The notes below the pieces were generated by a model that saw only the letters and a program-made list of their open reading frames with translations, did not search any database and had not been told where the DNA came from. From the NCBI GenBank assembly GCA_963772365.1, contig CAVYXA010000001.1, positions 384,001 to 448,000 of the forward strand: a stretch of DNA of 64,000 nt, in the 5' to 3' direction. The stretch comes from an uncultured Verrucomicrobiae bacterium (lineage in GTDB: Bacteria; Verrucomicrobiota; Verrucomicrobiia; Chthoniobacterales; UBA10450). Positions 41,292 to 56,612 of the stretch are shown here, piece after piece. The position numbers and the translations under genes were made by a program. Each line of letters begins with the position of its first letter. Position 1 is the first letter of the stretch.

Positions 41292-43637
41292 TCACGGCGG
41301 GCTCGGCGCTTTGCCGGGCATTTCCTTCGGTTTGATAGACACTTCTTCTTTGGGTGCGACTTCGTATTCCGGCTTTGATACGCCTAACAGCCAATGATCG
41401 AACCACCCGACAATATGTTGCAATCGCTCGACGCGATGCCACGGGCCGCCGGAACGGGAAAGCTCATGTGACTCACCGGGGAAGCGCACCATTACCGCCG
41501 GAATCCTCCGGAACTTGAGCGCGCGAAACATTTCTTCGCCGCCGGCGCCCGGCGGAGTTCGAAAGTCGGCTTCGCCAACGATGAACATCATCGGTGTTTT
41601 CACATTCTTGATATAAGTGATCGGCGACCGCTCTTTGAACTCGGCTTCGTCATCAAACGGCGGCGCTCGAAACCAGGTTGGTTGGAACAGGGTGAAGTCC
41701 GCCGTGTACCACCAATGAGCCCAGCTCGCGATGTCGCGCTGGGAAACCGCCGCGGCGAACCGATCGGTTTGACCGACTACCCAGTTGGTCAGCAAACCGC
41801 CGCCGCTTCCGCCAGTGACGCCCAGCTTCTTATTGTCGATGTACCCTCGCCGGATCACTTCATCCACACCGGCCATCAGATCTTTAAAGTCATCGCCCGG
41901 ATAATGATATTGAATCACGTTCCCGAAATCCTGACCATAGGTCGTGCTTCCGCGCGGATTGGGATAAAGTACGACGTAACCTTTAGCGGCCATCCACTGA
42001 AATTCGTGTTCGAAAATGTAGCCGTAGGCCGCGTGCGGTCCGCCGTGAATGTTCAGGATCAGTGGATATTTTTTCGAGGAAGTGAACCCTGGCGGTTTTT
42101 GGATCCAGGCTTGAATCGTTTTGCCGTCGAAGGTTTTGTAGGAAATTTCTTCCGGCTCAGTCAGATTGAGCTTTGAGAAAAGTTCGTCATTTATCCGCGT
42201 CAACTGCTTAGGCTGCGAATTGGCCTTTTCTCGATCGACAACAAAGAGATCGTCGATAATTGTCGGTGTGGAGATCGTGTAGATGATTTTCGATACATCG
42301 GCCGGAGCCCGAAAACGCAAGACCGCCTGATTTCCACTTACAAGATCGGTCACGGTTCCGGTAGTTGAATCGAACGATGCCAGAACAGCCTTGCCTTGCT
42401 TTCCGTAAATCTCGATCAGGCTTTTCCCGTCCGGCGTCCAGATCGGAACGTTCCGTCCCGCGGCGCGCGGAGCAGAGTTATCGCCGAACGGACCTTCACC
42501 GAGGTCGAAATCAAACGACGCGGTCAAATTTATAGGTTTCGCGTTAGGCGTAAGATCGACAACCCACAAGTCGGACTGCGTGTAGGAGTTCACCAGCTGC
42601 GTCATCGAAGCGACAAAAGCAAGCCGTTTTCCGTCGGGGCTGAGCGACGGCCCCCTCACGTCCATATCGATGGTGTTGATCTTTGTCGGTTTTCCGCCGC
42701 TTGGATTAATGGAATACAGCTCGGTCCTTGGGAGACTGTAATAGGGCTCATCCACATGGAGCGAGGTGAAGTAGATCGTGTCTTTCGCCCAAACGATATT
42801 GCCATCCTCAAACCGACCGAGCGTAAGCTGTTTGGGTTTTACCTTTTCATCAGCGGTGCGCGGCGCCGGAACAATCCAGATATGGAATGGGTGTTTCGAG
42901 TCGATGTAACCTTCATCATCTTCGCGATAGATAGCCCGAGTGATCACCCGAACATCGCTCTCGTGCTCAGACTCGGCTTCAGCTTTCTCCGGATGGTTGG
43001 GCGAACCTTTGAGAGATGCTGGTGGCAAACTTTCCGCTTTCTTTAGCTGCTCTTCTTTGCGCTTTTTCTTTTCCTGTTTGGCCAAATCTTCTGCATTGGT
43101 GCCGCTCAGAAACGCCAGGATCTTCCCGTCCGGCGACCAGACCGGATTGGAAGCGCCTTTTGGTAAATCGGTAAACGAAAACGAATCGCCACCCGACATC
43201 GGCAGGATCGACAATTGCGGTGGCTCAGGTTTGCCATCCTTTTCAGTCGCACGCAGAAAGATCAGATATTTCCCGTCCGGTGACCATCGGGGCGAGCTAT
43301 CGTGATTGCCCTTGGTTAATTGATGCGGCTCCTTGCTGCCGTCAGTCGGGACCGACCAGACGGAAGTATCATAGCCTTCCTTTTTTTCGTTCACGGTCAC
43401 GCGCACGAAGGCGACGCGCGAGCCATCGGGCGAAACCTGCGGATCACCGATCCAGACGAAATCCCAAAGATCTTTTTCGGTGATGTTGCGTTTTTGGGCG
43501 AATGCTGGCGAGACGCCGCTGACTACGACCAACGCGAGAAGAATGACAAATGACGAATGGCGAATCTCGAAACAATGGCGAATGATCGAATGACTCAAAG
43601 ATGTCGATCCTGCGCGTGGTTTTTCGGGCTTCTTCAT
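41292..43637 (-). CDS. S9 family peptidase (acylaminoacyl/dipeptidyl peptidase) with PD40 repeats
   Basis: WSPDG repeats, IHGGPH, NPRGS, GGSGGG, ESHELSR. Confidence 0.93.
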   Translation of the reverse strand: MKKPEKPRAGSTSLSHSIIRHCFEIRHSSFVILLALVVVSGVSPAFAQKRNITEKDLWDFVWIGDPQVSPDGSRVAFVRVTVNEKKEGYDTSVWSVPTDGSKEPHQLTKGNHDSSPRWSPDGKYLIFLRATEKDGKPEPPQLSILPMSGGDSFSFTDLPKGASNPVWSPDGKILAFLSGTNAEDLAKQEKKKRKEEQLKKAESLPPASLKGSPNHPEKAEAESEHESDVRVITRAIYREDDEGYIDSKHPFHIWIVPAPRTADEKVKPKQLTLGRFEDGNIVWAKDTIYFTSLHVDEPYYSLPRTELYSINPSGGKPTKINTIDMDVRGPSLSPDGKRLAFVASMTQLVNSYTQSDLWVVDLTPNAKPINLTASFDFDLGEGPFGDNSAPRAAGRNVPIWTPDGKSLIEIYGKQGKAVLASFDSTTGTVTDLVSGNQAVLRFRAPADVSKIIYTISTPTIIDDLFVVDREKANSQPKQLTRINDELFSKLNLTEPEEISYKTFDGKTIQAWIQKPPGFTSSKKYPLILNIHGGPHAAYGYIFEHEFQWMAAKGYVVLYPNPRGSTTYGQDFGNVIQYHYPGDDFKDLMAGVDEVIRRGYIDNKKLGVTGGSGGGLLTNWVVGQTDRFAAAVSQRDIASWAHWWYTADFTLFQPTWFRAPPFDDEAEFKERSPITYIKNVKTPMMFIVGEADFRTPPGAGGEEMFRALKFRRIPAVMVRFPGESHELSRSGGPWHRVERLQHIVGWFDHWLLGVSKPEYEVAPKEEVSIKPKEMPGKAPSPP

Positions 43638-43675
43638 TCCCTAGGCATTTGGATTTCGGATTTCGTCATTCCCCC

Positions 43676-44986
43676 TCACATGTGCTCGATCATATTATCG
43701 CCAAATTGCGAGCATTTGATTTCCGTCGCACCCTGCATCAGACGCGCGAAATCGTAGGTGACGCGTTTGCTGGCAATCGCGCCCTTTAATCCTTTGAGGA
43801 TTAAATCAGCCGCTTCGGTCCAGCCCATGTAACGGAACATCATTTCACCGGATAAAATCACCGAACCAGGATTCACCTTGTCCTGGTTTGCGTATTTCGG
43901 CGCGGTGCCATGGGTTGCCTCGAAGACGGCGTGACCGGTAATGTAATTAATGTTGCCGCCGGGAGCGATTCCGATCCCGCCCACTTGCGCGGCCAGAGCG
44001 TCGCTCAAGTAATCGCCATTCAAATTCAGAGTGGCAATGACGTCAAAGTCTTCCGGCCGGGTGAGTACCTGTTGCAAAGTAATATCCGCGATAGCGTCCT
44101 TGATTACGATTCCGCCGCCTGGTTTTCCCATTGGAATCCTGCACCACGGCCCACCATCGAATTCTTCCGCGCCGAAATAACTCTTTGCGATTTCAAACCC
44201 CCAGTCACGAAACGCGCCCTCGGTGAACTTCATGATGTTGCCCTTGTGCACCAGCGTCACGCTTTTGCGATTGTTCTGGATTGCGTAACTGATCGCGCTG
44301 TGAATCAAACGCACACTGCCGGATCGACTCACTGGTTTGATACCAATCCCAACTGCAACGTCGCCTTTCTCCGGCGCGCCGACTCGCTTCCAGAACTCCG
44401 CCGTTTTCTTTTCAGTGCCGAATCGGATCTTGTCGAACTCTTTGGGAAATTCCTTGGCCAGAAAATCGAGCATCTTTTGCGATTCTGCCGTGCCCGCGGC
44501 CCATTCGATCCCGGCGTAGATATCTTCCGTATTTTCGCGGAAGATCACCATGTTTACTTTTTCCGGATGTTTCACGGGGGAGGGGACACCTTCGAAGTAT
44601 TGGATCGGCCGGAGACAAACGAAGAGGTCGAGAAGCTGACGAAGAGCGACGTTGAGCGAACGGATGCCTCCGCCTACCGGCGTGGTGAGCGGCCCTTTGA
44701 TGCCGACCAGATATTCCCGAAACGCTTCGACGGTATCGTCCGGCAGCCAGCTATCGAATTTGTCCTTCGCGGCCTGACCGGCGAAAACTTCGAACCACGC
44801 GATTTTTTTCTTCCCACCGTATGCTTTTTCAACAGCGGCATCCAGAACCCGCACACTGGCGGCCCAGATATCGGGCCCGGTCCCATCGCCGCGAATAAAC
44901 GGAATGATCGGACGATCCGGGACGTTTAGCTTGTCTGTGCGCGAAATCTTCTCACCAGCCGGCGGAGCGATATTTTTATATGGCAT
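43676..44986 (-). CDS. icd: NADP-dependent isocitrate dehydrogenase
   Basis: [47 protein letters not shown]. Confidence 0.97.
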   Translation of the reverse strand: MPYKNIAPPAGEKISRTDKLNVPDRPIIPFIRGDGTGPDIWAASVRVLDAAVEKAYGGKKKIAWFEVFAGQAAKDKFDSWLPDDTVEAFREYLVGIKGPLTTPVGGGIRSLNVALRQLLDLFVCLRPIQYFEGVPSPVKHPEKVNMVIFRENTEDIYAGIEWAAGTAESQKMLDFLAKEFPKEFDKIRFGTEKKTAEFWKRVGAPEKGDVAVGIGIKPVSRSGSVRLIHSAISYAIQNNRKSVTLVHKGNIMKFTEGAFRDWGFEIAKSYFGAEEFDGGPWCRIPMGKPGGGIVIKDAIADITLQQVLTRPEDFDVIATLNLNGDYLSDALAAQVGGIGIAPGGNINYITGHAVFEATHGTAPKYANQDKVNPGSVILSGEMMFRYMGWTEAADLILKGLKGAIASKRVTYDFARLMQGATEIKCSQFGDNMIEHM

Positions 44987-45042
44987 AAGATCGACAGTTT
45001 AGGGGCGGCTTTTACCAGCCGCAATTTGGTAGGGTAAAAATT

Positions 45043-45117
45043 TGGCAGCGCGTACGGGAGTCGAACCCGTGCACCGGCCTTGAGAGGGCCGTGTCCTAAC
45101 CACTAGACGAACGCGCC
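45043..45117 (-). tRNA. tRNA-Glu (anticodon CTC)
   Basis: cloverleaf GGCGCGT...CGGCC-CT-CTC-AA-GGCCG...GTTCGACT...CCA. Confidence 0.95.
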
Positions 45118-45135
45118 TCAAAAAAGCGAGCGCGT

Positions 45136-45783
45136 TTAGAATAACCGGGATGCGCCTACCGGCAAGCTACCGCTATTAGTGACCCTTTTTTTATGTTTGT
45201 GCTTTGTCGAGGGCGTTGGCGTCGATACCAGCGAAATGGCACCAGCGTCTGATCCGGGAGCAACTGTCGGAGTTGGAGACACCTGATCCATCAATGGTCG
45301 GACGCGCGGCTGTTTCGTTGCATTAATGTGAGCCGCTTTCACGCCTTCCAATGCCGATTTCAATTTTGGGTCGCCAGCGAGGGCCTGCATCCGGCCGTAG
45401 TACAAACTGTAGTAACTTCGCATCCGTTCTCGTTTTTCCAAATCGGTCGAAGCTCGCTTGATCGCTGCCTTCGCCGAAATCACATCCGGATCATTGGCCG
45501 CCTGATTGGCCACCTGACGCCACTCAACGTGAAGTCGGTTTTCGTCAGCTTGTTTGCCCAGTGACGTTTCCTTGAACACGGCGTCGATCTGCGACAAGTC
45601 CGGAATTTCAGGCGAGGGAGAAGGTGACGGAGTGGTCGCAGCCGGTTCACCGCGCGTATCAAGATCGACCTTGGGCGGGGCCGCATCTTGGGCGGGCACG
45701 GTACAAGCCACTCCAACGAACACTGCAAAGATCCACCAAACACTCAGCAGGTTGCCGTTCATCTTACTGCTGCCACTGCTCAT
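45136..45783 (-). CDS. hypothetical exported protein with Pro/Ser-rich linkers
   Basis: signal-like N-terminus; ORF fills the space between the two tRNAs. Confidence 0.65.
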   Translation of the reverse strand: MSSGSSKMNGNLLSVWWIFAVFVGVACTVPAQDAAPPKVDLDTRGEPAATTPSPSPSPEIPDLSQIDAVFKETSLGKQADENRLHVEWRQVANQAANDPDVISAKAAIKRASTDLEKRERMRSYYSLYYGRMQALAGDPKLKSALEGVKAAHINATKQPRVRPLMDQVSPTPTVAPGSDAGAISLVSTPTPSTKHKHKKRVTNSGSLPVGASRLF

Positions 45784-45851
45784 GCTCGTTTGGAATCTCT
45801 TCTAGTTTCGATCATGAGCAAGACTATGAGCAGGAGTCAGCAGGAGCGAAA

Positions 45852-45929
<78 letters not shown>

Positions 45930-46020
45930 AGGTTTGGCCTGATTCTTACCATGGAATTCGTTTCCGCGCATCTCCGGAGCGCATCTGCGCCTCTCGTGCA
46001 ATCCTCGAGGGCTTCGCTGC

Positions 46021-49823
<3,803 letters not shown>

Positions 49824-49875
49824 GATTGCCGGAAACTAAACGGCGTTTGGCGCGAGGATCAAGCAACAAATTGAC

Positions 49876-49895
49876 GCATCATGATACGTAGATGT
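49876..49895. promoter_or_regulatory. palindromic operator candidate upstream of metH
   Basis: gcATC-N10-GATgt, 53 nt upstream of the start codon. Confidence 0.35.
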
Positions 49896-50150
49896 GTCGA
49901 AATGGAACTGGATCTTACTCGTGATCGTGCTCCTGCTCGTAATCGTCGAACTCAGCTGTCCGCCTCAGAATGACGAAACGCCACAATCCGAATGACGAAA
50001 GCGTGCGCGTGGAGGCAACCTTCAGACCAGGCTCGAAGTCCAGGGGGAGAGGAACAGTAAGATTGTGCCTCAGAACAAATTCGAATCGGGCCGGAGCGCT
50101 CCCGCTAATTCGAGAGCGCTCCTCGAATATAATGAAATTACAAAGTGAGC

Positions 50151-50904
50151 TTACGGCGCGATGCGATCGGTCAAAGTGTCTGTATGAAAATCGGCGTGTT
50201 CACGCAGGCGAGACCACGGACTGTCCTTTTTGGCAGTTCCGGCGACACTCTTCTCCTCGCCTTTGGCAAAATCATCCCAGGAATTGTAGCGGGCAATCGT
50301 AAGAAAAGTCCAGGCGGCGCCTTCCAAATGCTGCATCAGCACGTTGCCGGCGGTGGTATCCGTTGGACCCGCTGATTCGCCAAGCATTTTTTCCAATTGT
50401 TCGCGATGACCCGGAGCAGGTCGGTAGGTACGAAACCGAGTAAACGGAGCCTGTTGTCTTCGATTTTGAATCGGTGTCAATCCCCATGGCCTTTGAGAAT
50501 TCATTCCAGGAAGGGCCGTTAACAAAAGTATCCGTATGCCATTCACTGAGATTCCGTTTATCCGGAGGGACCGCGGTTCCGGCTGGTTCGACAGTCGCTT
50601 TGGCACCGAGATGGGTGATGACGCAATAATCCCAGGCGTCGCCATCCTGGTGACGAAGCACTACAAAATGATCCGGCATCGGCGCATTTGGATCCGGTGT
50701 TTTCAGCCAATCGCCCAGTTGAGCTGCTTTACCGAGAGCGGCCTTGGTGAAATGGACATGATACACATCAGTCCGTTTGCCGACTCCGGCGGGTGCCGCG
50801 CCCTTTATATTTGCTGCAGTTTTTGGTGATCCCTGCGCATGAACAACTGTCACAGCGAATATGCTCAGCAGAGCGGTGGTTAGAATAGCCTTTATCGATT
50901 TCAT
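50151..50904 (-). CDS. exported hypothetical protein with two internal repeats; frameshift at ~50430
   Basis: two overlapping ORFs join into one protein with duplicated units (RHQDGDAW..WHTDT / QHLEGAAW..FHTDT). Confidence 0.7.
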
Positions 50905-51147
50905 GATCTCTTTCGTTATTGAATTTTAGATTGCTTGGTAGTTCGCTCCGAAATCCCGTCCAGCACGAACGACCGACTACGGCACAAACGCCATTGCGCC
51001 TCGTTCATGCATAGCGGGTTCGTGATTCGACTGTCAAAGCTTTTGTTCCCAGCACGCTGATATTTGACACGCTTACCAGTGACGACCCTGTGGCATTGCT
51101 AAGGTTTTATCCTGGGATGTCTCGACTTGGCTCGGCATGGCGATTAA

Positions 51148-52386
51148 ATGAAGCGCGTGGAAGCGGTCCGGCTTTTCAAAACACTCAATCGCGATCAGCG
51201 CAATACATTCGTTGCCTGTTTTCTCGGTTGGTCGCTGGACGCATTTGATTTTTTTCTGCTCACATTTGTGATCGTGCCGATGGCGCACGATTTCGGCACC
51301 AGCATCGTTGAACTTGGCTATGCCATTACGCTGACGCTAGCAATGCGACCCGTCGGCGCATTCATCTTCGGTTTGCTCGGTGATCGCTTCGGTCGGCGCA
51401 TCCCGCTGATGATCGACATCATCTTTTATTCCTTGATGGAGCTGCTCACAGCATTTGCGCCCAATTACACCGCGCTTCTCGTGTTGCGTGCGCTCTACGG
51501 AATTGGAATGGGCGGTGAATGGGGATTGGGCGCGTCCCTGGCGATGGAAATACTTCCGGCGAATGCCCGCGGACTTTTTTCCGGAATTCTCCAGCAGGGC
51601 TACATGTTCGGTTATTTGTTTGCAGCGCTCGTCTACTGGATCGTATTTCCGTTTCTTGGCTGGCGCTCTTTGTTTCTGGTCGGAGCCTTGCCAGCGCTAT
51701 TGGTTATTTACATTAGATCGCGAGTCCCCGAATCACCAGCGTGGCTTCGGCAACGATCGACAATCGATTTCTGGCCCAATCTAGGCCGGATTCTCAAGCG
51801 GCACTGGCTCTTGTTCATCTACGTCGTGCTTTTAATGACAGCGTTTAACGCGATGTCGCACGGAACACAGGACATGTACCAAACCTTCTTGGGGCAACAG
51901 CGCGGGCTCGGAGTATCGGCGAAATCGATCATCGGAATCATCTATGCCGTCGGAGCGATTTGCGGAGGAATTCTGGTCGGGCATTACTCTCAAAAATTCG
52001 GCCGACGCCGCTTGATCATTGCGACGGCAATTGGCGGGATCATTTTGATTCCAGTGTGGGTTTTCCCCCCTACGTTATCCCTGCTAGTCATCGGCGGGTT
52101 TGGCATGCAATTCATGGTGCAAGGCGCGTGGGGGATCGTGCCGGTGCATCTGAATGAACTCTCGCCCGGAGAAGTGCGGGGCACGTTTCCCGGATTCGCC
52201 TATCAGATTGGAAATCTGCTCGCGGCCAATACAGCCGTGGTGGAGGCAAGATTAGCGGAGCATTTTCGCGACGCAGAGGGCCATCCCGATTACGCGAAAG
52301 GCCTGGCGTTGTTTGGTTTCGTAATTTTTCTCGCGCTGATTATTATTGCCGCAATCGGCCGAGAAGAACGCGGCAAAGAATTCTAG
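51148..52386 (+). CDS. MFS transporter (sialate/carboxylate:H+ symporter family)
   Basis: GWSLDAFDF, GLLGDRFGRR, GMGGEWG, SHGTQD. Confidence 0.92.
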   Translation: MKRVEAVRLFKTLNRDQRNTFVACFLGWSLDAFDFFLLTFVIVPMAHDFGTSIVELGYAITLTLAMRPVGAFIFGLLGDRFGRRIPLMIDIIFYSLMELLTAFAPNYTALLVLRALYGIGMGGEWGLGASLAMEILPANARGLFSGILQQGYMFGYLFAALVYWIVFPFLGWRSLFLVGALPALLVIYIRSRVPESPAWLRQRSTIDFWPNLGRILKRHWLLFIYVVLLMTAFNAMSHGTQDMYQTFLGQQRGLGVSAKSIIGIIYAVGAICGGILVGHYSQKFGRRRLIIATAIGGIILIPVWVFPPTLSLLVIGGFGMQFMVQGAWGIVPVHLNELSPGEVRGTFPGFAYQIGNLLAANTAVVEARLAEHFRDAEGHPDYAKGLALFGFVIFLALIIIAAIGREERGKEF

Positions 52387-52397
52387 CCGGGAACCCT

Positions 52398-53111
52398 CTA
52401 ATGGATGACCCCCGAAGGGTCTCTGGACGAGTGGCTTTGAGCGACCTGACTTGTGGCCCCGTAAATGCCGGGGCCGTAACGCTGTTCGACAATCGCATTC
52501 GCGATCTTGTCCGCCAGTACTTCGCGATAGTCGGCATCGCGCGCTTTCTTACCATCTTTTCGATTACTCAGAAAACCGCACTCGACGAGCACGGCTGGGT
52601 AAATCGCTTTGCGAATCACGCGAAAATTGGCCACGTGGACGCCGCGATTGATGGAATGCGGAATCGTAAGCAGTTTCTGTTGGATTCGATAGGCCATCTT
52701 CGCCGAATTGCCGGAGTGATAATAGGTTTCGAAGCCATTGATAACCCGGCGCCGGGAATCGTTGAAATGAATGCTGACAAAAATGGCATTTTGTTGTCGA
52801 TTCTCGATAGCGACACGTTCATCGAGGGGAACGAAGACATCACTGCTGCGAATCATGACCGTCTTAATTTGGGATTCGTGAAGCTTCCGCTCGAGCCTTT
52901 TGGCCACATCGAGCGCGGCAACCTTCTCAGGCGGGCCATAAGGACGGTAGGCGCCAGAATCTCTTCCACCATGGCCGGCATCGATCACGACAGTCGTAAA
53001 CGTGTTGCTGGTATCTTTCGTGCCCGAGGTCGAGATACCGGCGCAGCCGGCGAGCGACACGATGAATCCAAGAGCCAGAAATCGAAAGCCTAGGCGTGAC
53101 ATTTGGGACAA
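52398..53111 (-). CDS. N-acetylmuramoyl-L-alanine amidase (Amidase_3), lipoprotein
   Basis: LAGC lipobox, IDAGHGG, SIHFN, VLVECGFLSN. Confidence 0.92.
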   Translation of the reverse strand: MSQMSRLGFRFLALGFIVSLAGCAGISTSGTKDTSNTFTTVVIDAGHGGRDSGAYRPYGPPEKVAALDVAKRLERKLHESQIKTVMIRSSDVFVPLDERVAIENRQQNAIFVSIHFNDSRRRVINGFETYYHSGNSAKMAYRIQQKLLTIPHSINRGVHVANFRVIRKAIYPAVLVECGFLSNRKDGKKARDADYREVLADKIANAIVEQRYGPGIYGATSQVAQSHSSRDPSGVIH

Positions 53112-53232
53112 ATACTAAGAGAGCACGTTCTCTGCCAGTAACTTTTTCGATTCGCGTGCGCATCGCGGGTTTCACCTGATGCAAAAACCGCTTGTTTTTT
53201 GCTGTGGGACACATAAAGCGTTTACTCTTGTT

Positions 53233-54441
53233 ATGTTCACCCGATCTATTAAATTCTTCTTTTTCTCCCTATCGATTTTGGCAAGCAGCGCTATTGCAGC
53301 GCAACAGTCCAATACGCCTGCGCCGGTGCCGCACTCACCTGCGTCAAAACCTTCCAAAGTTGCGGTCGATCAAACGGCCCAGGTGATCATTTTTGGTTAC
53401 CACCGTTTTGTGAACAAAGTGCGTCATCCTGATACCGAAATCACTCCGGAAGATTTCGAGAAACAGATGCAGGAGCTGAAGGACAAGGGGATCACGGTGA
53501 TTGGACTTCAGGACATGCTGGCCTGGAAGCGTGGTGAGAAAAATATCCCGCCGCGGTGCGCGGTCATTACCTTCGATGACGGCTGGAAATCGCAGTACAA
53601 CGTGGCCTGGCCGATCCTGAAAAAGCTCGGTTACACACACATGATGTTCATTTACACCGAAGGTGTGCGGGGCGGACACTTCGGTGGGGGAGAGGCGATC
53701 ACCTGGGAGCAGCTGGGCGAGATGCGCGATGCCGGCGTTGATATCGAAGCGCACTCCGCGACCCATCAGGACCTGCGTAAAGCCTACGACAAAGTGACAA
53801 AAAAGAGATTGAGCCCTCCGGAATACGAGGAATTCCTGAAAAACGAGATTTCCGGATCGAAGCAAACCCTCGAGCAAAAACTCGCGATCAAGGTGAATTG
53901 CTTCGCAGTGCCATACGGGTTTTACAATGAGCACATCAAAGAAGTGGCAAAGAACGCGGGTTACGAAGCGCTCTTTACTGTTTACGGCCAGCCGATCACT
54001 TATTCGACGCCGCTCGATTCACTCGGCCGTTACATGATTGAGGCGAACAAACCGAAGGTGTTTGCGGACGCGGTAAAAATCATTGGCAGTTCGACCGAAG
54101 GCGGACCGGCTGTCGCCGTTATCGGGGCCGAGGCTCTCCAAGGGCAGCCGAAAGATGGTGAAACGATTCGCACAGGGTTGCCGTTGATCCGGGCTAACCT
54201 AAGCTCGCTTGGGCAGATCGAGCCAGGTAGCGTGCAAATGCGGGTAAGCGGTCTTGGTCTGGTCCCGGCGAGTTACGATCCCAAGACGGGAATCGTTTCC
54301 TATCAAGTCAGGCAGAAACTGCGTGACAAGACATGCTCTGTGATTGTAACAGCCAAATCGCAGGGCAAGAAAATCGAAGCTCATTGGACTTTCGGGATTG
54401 AAGAAGCGGCCGGTGCACCATCGACGTCGCCGAAGAAATAG
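53233..54441 (+). CDS. polysaccharide deacetylase
   Basis: YHR, ITFDDG, HSATH, VPYG. Confidence 0.9.
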   Translation: MFTRSIKFFFFSLSILASSAIAAQQSNTPAPVPHSPASKPSKVAVDQTAQVIIFGYHRFVNKVRHPDTEITPEDFEKQMQELKDKGITVIGLQDMLAWKRGEKNIPPRCAVITFDDGWKSQYNVAWPILKKLGYTHMMFIYTEGVRGGHFGGGEAITWEQLGEMRDAGVDIEAHSATHQDLRKAYDKVTKKRLSPPEYEEFLKNEISGSKQTLEQKLAIKVNCFAVPYGFYNEHIKEVAKNAGYEALFTVYGQPITYSTPLDSLGRYMIEANKPKVFADAVKIIGSSTEGGPAVAVIGAEALQGQPKDGETIRTGLPLIRANLSSLGQIEPGSVQMRVSGLGLVPASYDPKTGIVSYQVRQKLRDKTCSVIVTAKSQGKKIEAHWTFGIEEAAGAPSTSPKK

Positions 54442-54533
54442 TTGAAACGCGTTCTCCTGAACGCGTTCGTCGAAATGAGCGGGCAAAGCCGCATTGATTT
54501 TTAGCATCGTCTTCGGAGAAGCCGGTCCACTGT

Positions 54534-55853
54534 ATGTTCTCCCAACTCAGCGATAAACTTCAGGAAATCTTTAAGGACCTGCGTGGTCACGGAACCATCA
54601 GCGAGGCGAACATCGACAGCGCCCTGCGCCAGGTGCGGCTGGCCTTGTTGGAAGCCGATGTGGATTTTCAGGTAGCGAAGGATTTCATCGCCAGCGTCAA
54701 AGGAAAGGCGATGGGCGAAGAGGTGTTGCGAAGCATCATCCCCGGTCAGCAGATCGTAAAAATTTTCCACGATGAGTTGGCCAAACTTCTCGGAGGCGAT
54801 GCCGAGCCGTTGCGGCTGGCCGAGAAGACACGGATCTTGATTGTTGGCCTCAACGGTTCCGGAAAAACGACGACGTCGGCCAAGCTTGCCCTGCATTTGA
54901 AAAAACTGGGACGCGCGCCGGCATTGGTCGCTCTAGACTTGCAACGCCCTGCCGCCATCGCGCAGCTTCAAACTCTTGGTAAGCAGATTGATGTGCCTGT
55001 TTTCACGCCAAATACAGGAACCGTCGATGTTCGGAATGCAGGGCTTGCGAGCCTCGAATGGACGGCACAGCAATCGGCTAACATCGACATTTTCGACACC
55101 GCTGGGCGTCAGGAGATCGACGAGGAGCTGATCGAAGAGCTTAAGAAGCTAAAAGAAGTGATTCAACCCCGGGAAATCCTTCTGGTGGTCGATGCTGCGA
55201 CAGGCCAACGCGCGGTGAGCGTGGCCACGCATTTCGATAACGCCCTTCAAATCACGGGTATCATTTTGACCAAACTGGACGGCGACGCTCGCGGTGGCGC
55301 GGCATTGTCGATGCGCGCCGTCACCCAGCGGCCCATCAAGTTTGCCGGGACTGGCGAGAAACTAGATCAGTTCGAGCTATTCGTTCCCGATCGCCTGGCC
55401 GGGCGAATATTGGGCATGGGCGACATTGTCGGCCTAGTCGAGAAAGCGACCGAAGCAGTTGAAGAAGAAGAAGCGCTTCGGTTGGAAAAGAAATTGCGGA
55501 CAGCCTCCTTCGATTTCAACGATTTCCTGGCCCAATTCAAAATGATGAAAAAAATGGGACCGCTGGAGAATATCCTTGGCATGTTACCGGGGATGAGTAA
55601 CGTGCAGGGCCTCTCCATTGACGAGAAGCAGCTTGCCCACACGGAAGCGATCGTGCTTTCGATGACCAGCGAAGAACGGAGCCGTCCCGACATTCTAAAT
55701 GCCCGGAGGCGTCAGCGCATCGCTCGGGGAAGCGGCACCACCGTCAGCGAGGTAAACAATTTGCTGCGTCGCTTCGATCAAATGCGCAAAATGATGAAGA
55801 GCACGGGCAAAATGAAAAAGATGATGGCGCAAATGGCGCGAATGAGAAAATAA
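54534..55853 (+). CDS. ffh: signal recognition particle protein
   Basis: [28 protein letters not shown], Met-rich C-terminus. Confidence 0.97.
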   Translation: MFSQLSDKLQEIFKDLRGHGTISEANIDSALRQVRLALLEADVDFQVAKDFIASVKGKAMGEEVLRSIIPGQQIVKIFHDELAKLLGGDAEPLRLAEKTRILIVGLNGSGKTTTSAKLALHLKKLGRAPALVALDLQRPAAIAQLQTLGKQIDVPVFTPNTGTVDVRNAGLASLEWTAQQSANIDIFDTAGRQEIDEELIEELKKLKEVIQPREILLVVDAATGQRAVSVATHFDNALQITGIILTKLDGDARGGAALSMRAVTQRPIKFAGTGEKLDQFELFVPDRLAGRILGMGDIVGLVEKATEAVEEEEALRLEKKLRTASFDFNDFLAQFKMMKKMGPLENILGMLPGMSNVQGLSIDEKQLAHTEAIVLSMTSEERSRPDILNARRRQRIARGSGTTVSEVNNLLRRFDQMRKMMKSTGKMKKMMAQMARMRK

Positions 55854-55854
55854 C

Positions 55855-56190
55855 ATGGCAGTTTCAATTAGATTACGTAGAGAAGGAGCGTTGAACCGCC
55901 CCTATTACAAAGTTGTAGTGGCGGATAAACGCAGTCCACGCGACGGCAAATTCATCGAGATTGTTGGCACCTATGATCCGAAAAAGCCCGCACACAATAG
56001 CACCCTCAAGCTGGATCGCGTTGAACATTGGATCAGCAAGGGCGCGCAGCCGAGCGATACGGTCAGGAGCTTGATCAGAAAGAACCGGAGAGAAGCGGTA
56101 AAAAGTTCGGCGCCAGCAGCGGCGGAAACACCAGCTGCATCTGAGGCAGCGGCTACAGAAGCGCCAGCCGCTGAACCGGCGCAATTCTAG
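55855..56190 (+). CDS. rpsP: 30S ribosomal protein S16
   Basis: MAVSIRLRR...[15 protein letters not shown]...GAQPSDTV. Confidence 0.97.
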   Translation: MAVSIRLRREGALNRPYYKVVVADKRSPRDGKFIEIVGTYDPKKPAHNSTLKLDRVEHWISKGAQPSDTVRSLIRKNRREAVKSSAPAAAETPAASEAAATEAPAAEPAQF

Positions 56191-56323
56191 CATCGCCAAG
56201 CAGCAGCGGCATTTGCGATGTCCATTTTCAGTTTGCGACGCTCATAGAGCGCCGCTACAGAAGAAGTCGGCACGAATATCTGGAGAGGGGTGCAAGCTTC
56301 CCGATTCGTCCAAGAACAACGAC

Positions 56324-56554
56324 ATGAGAGAATTTCTCGAGTTTGTGATCCGGCAGCTCGTCGAATTTCCCGACGAAATGATGCTTACGGAAATTCCCAG
56401 CGGCAAGACAACGGTGTTCAAACTTCAGCTACGGCAGAGTGATGTCGGTCGCGTAATTGGACGTAACGGCCAAACCATTCAAGCCATTCGGGCATTGCTA
56501 AACAGCTCCGCGTCCCGTCACGGTCAACGAGCCACTCTCGAAATCGTAGAATAG
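56324..56554 (+). CDS. KH-domain RNA-binding protein (KhpA/YlqC-like)
   Basis: [17 protein letters not shown]; conserved position after rpsP. Confidence 0.92.
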   Translation: MREFLEFVIRQLVEFPDEMMLTEIPSGKTTVFKLQLRQSDVGRVIGRNGQTIQAIRALLNSSASRHGQRATLEIVE

Positions 56555-56612
56555 TATTCTCGCCTATTCCGTATTGGACGTTCGGCATCCGACGTTCGAC
56601 GTTTTCGCTTTG

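Noticed and set aside
44360..44425. Extra segment in Icd ([19 protein letters not shown]) as a repeat insertion
   Set aside because: Not palindromic and no match to the repeat families; looks like an ordinary lineage-specific loop.
49824..50150. Cobalamin or SAM riboswitch upstream of metH
   Set aside because: No B12-box or SAM-I core recognised; the region is mostly short repeats. An Rfam scan would be decisive.
50940..51010. Structured leader RNA upstream of the 50904 gene
   Set aside because: Some pairing is possible, but there is no recognisable family and no comparative support.
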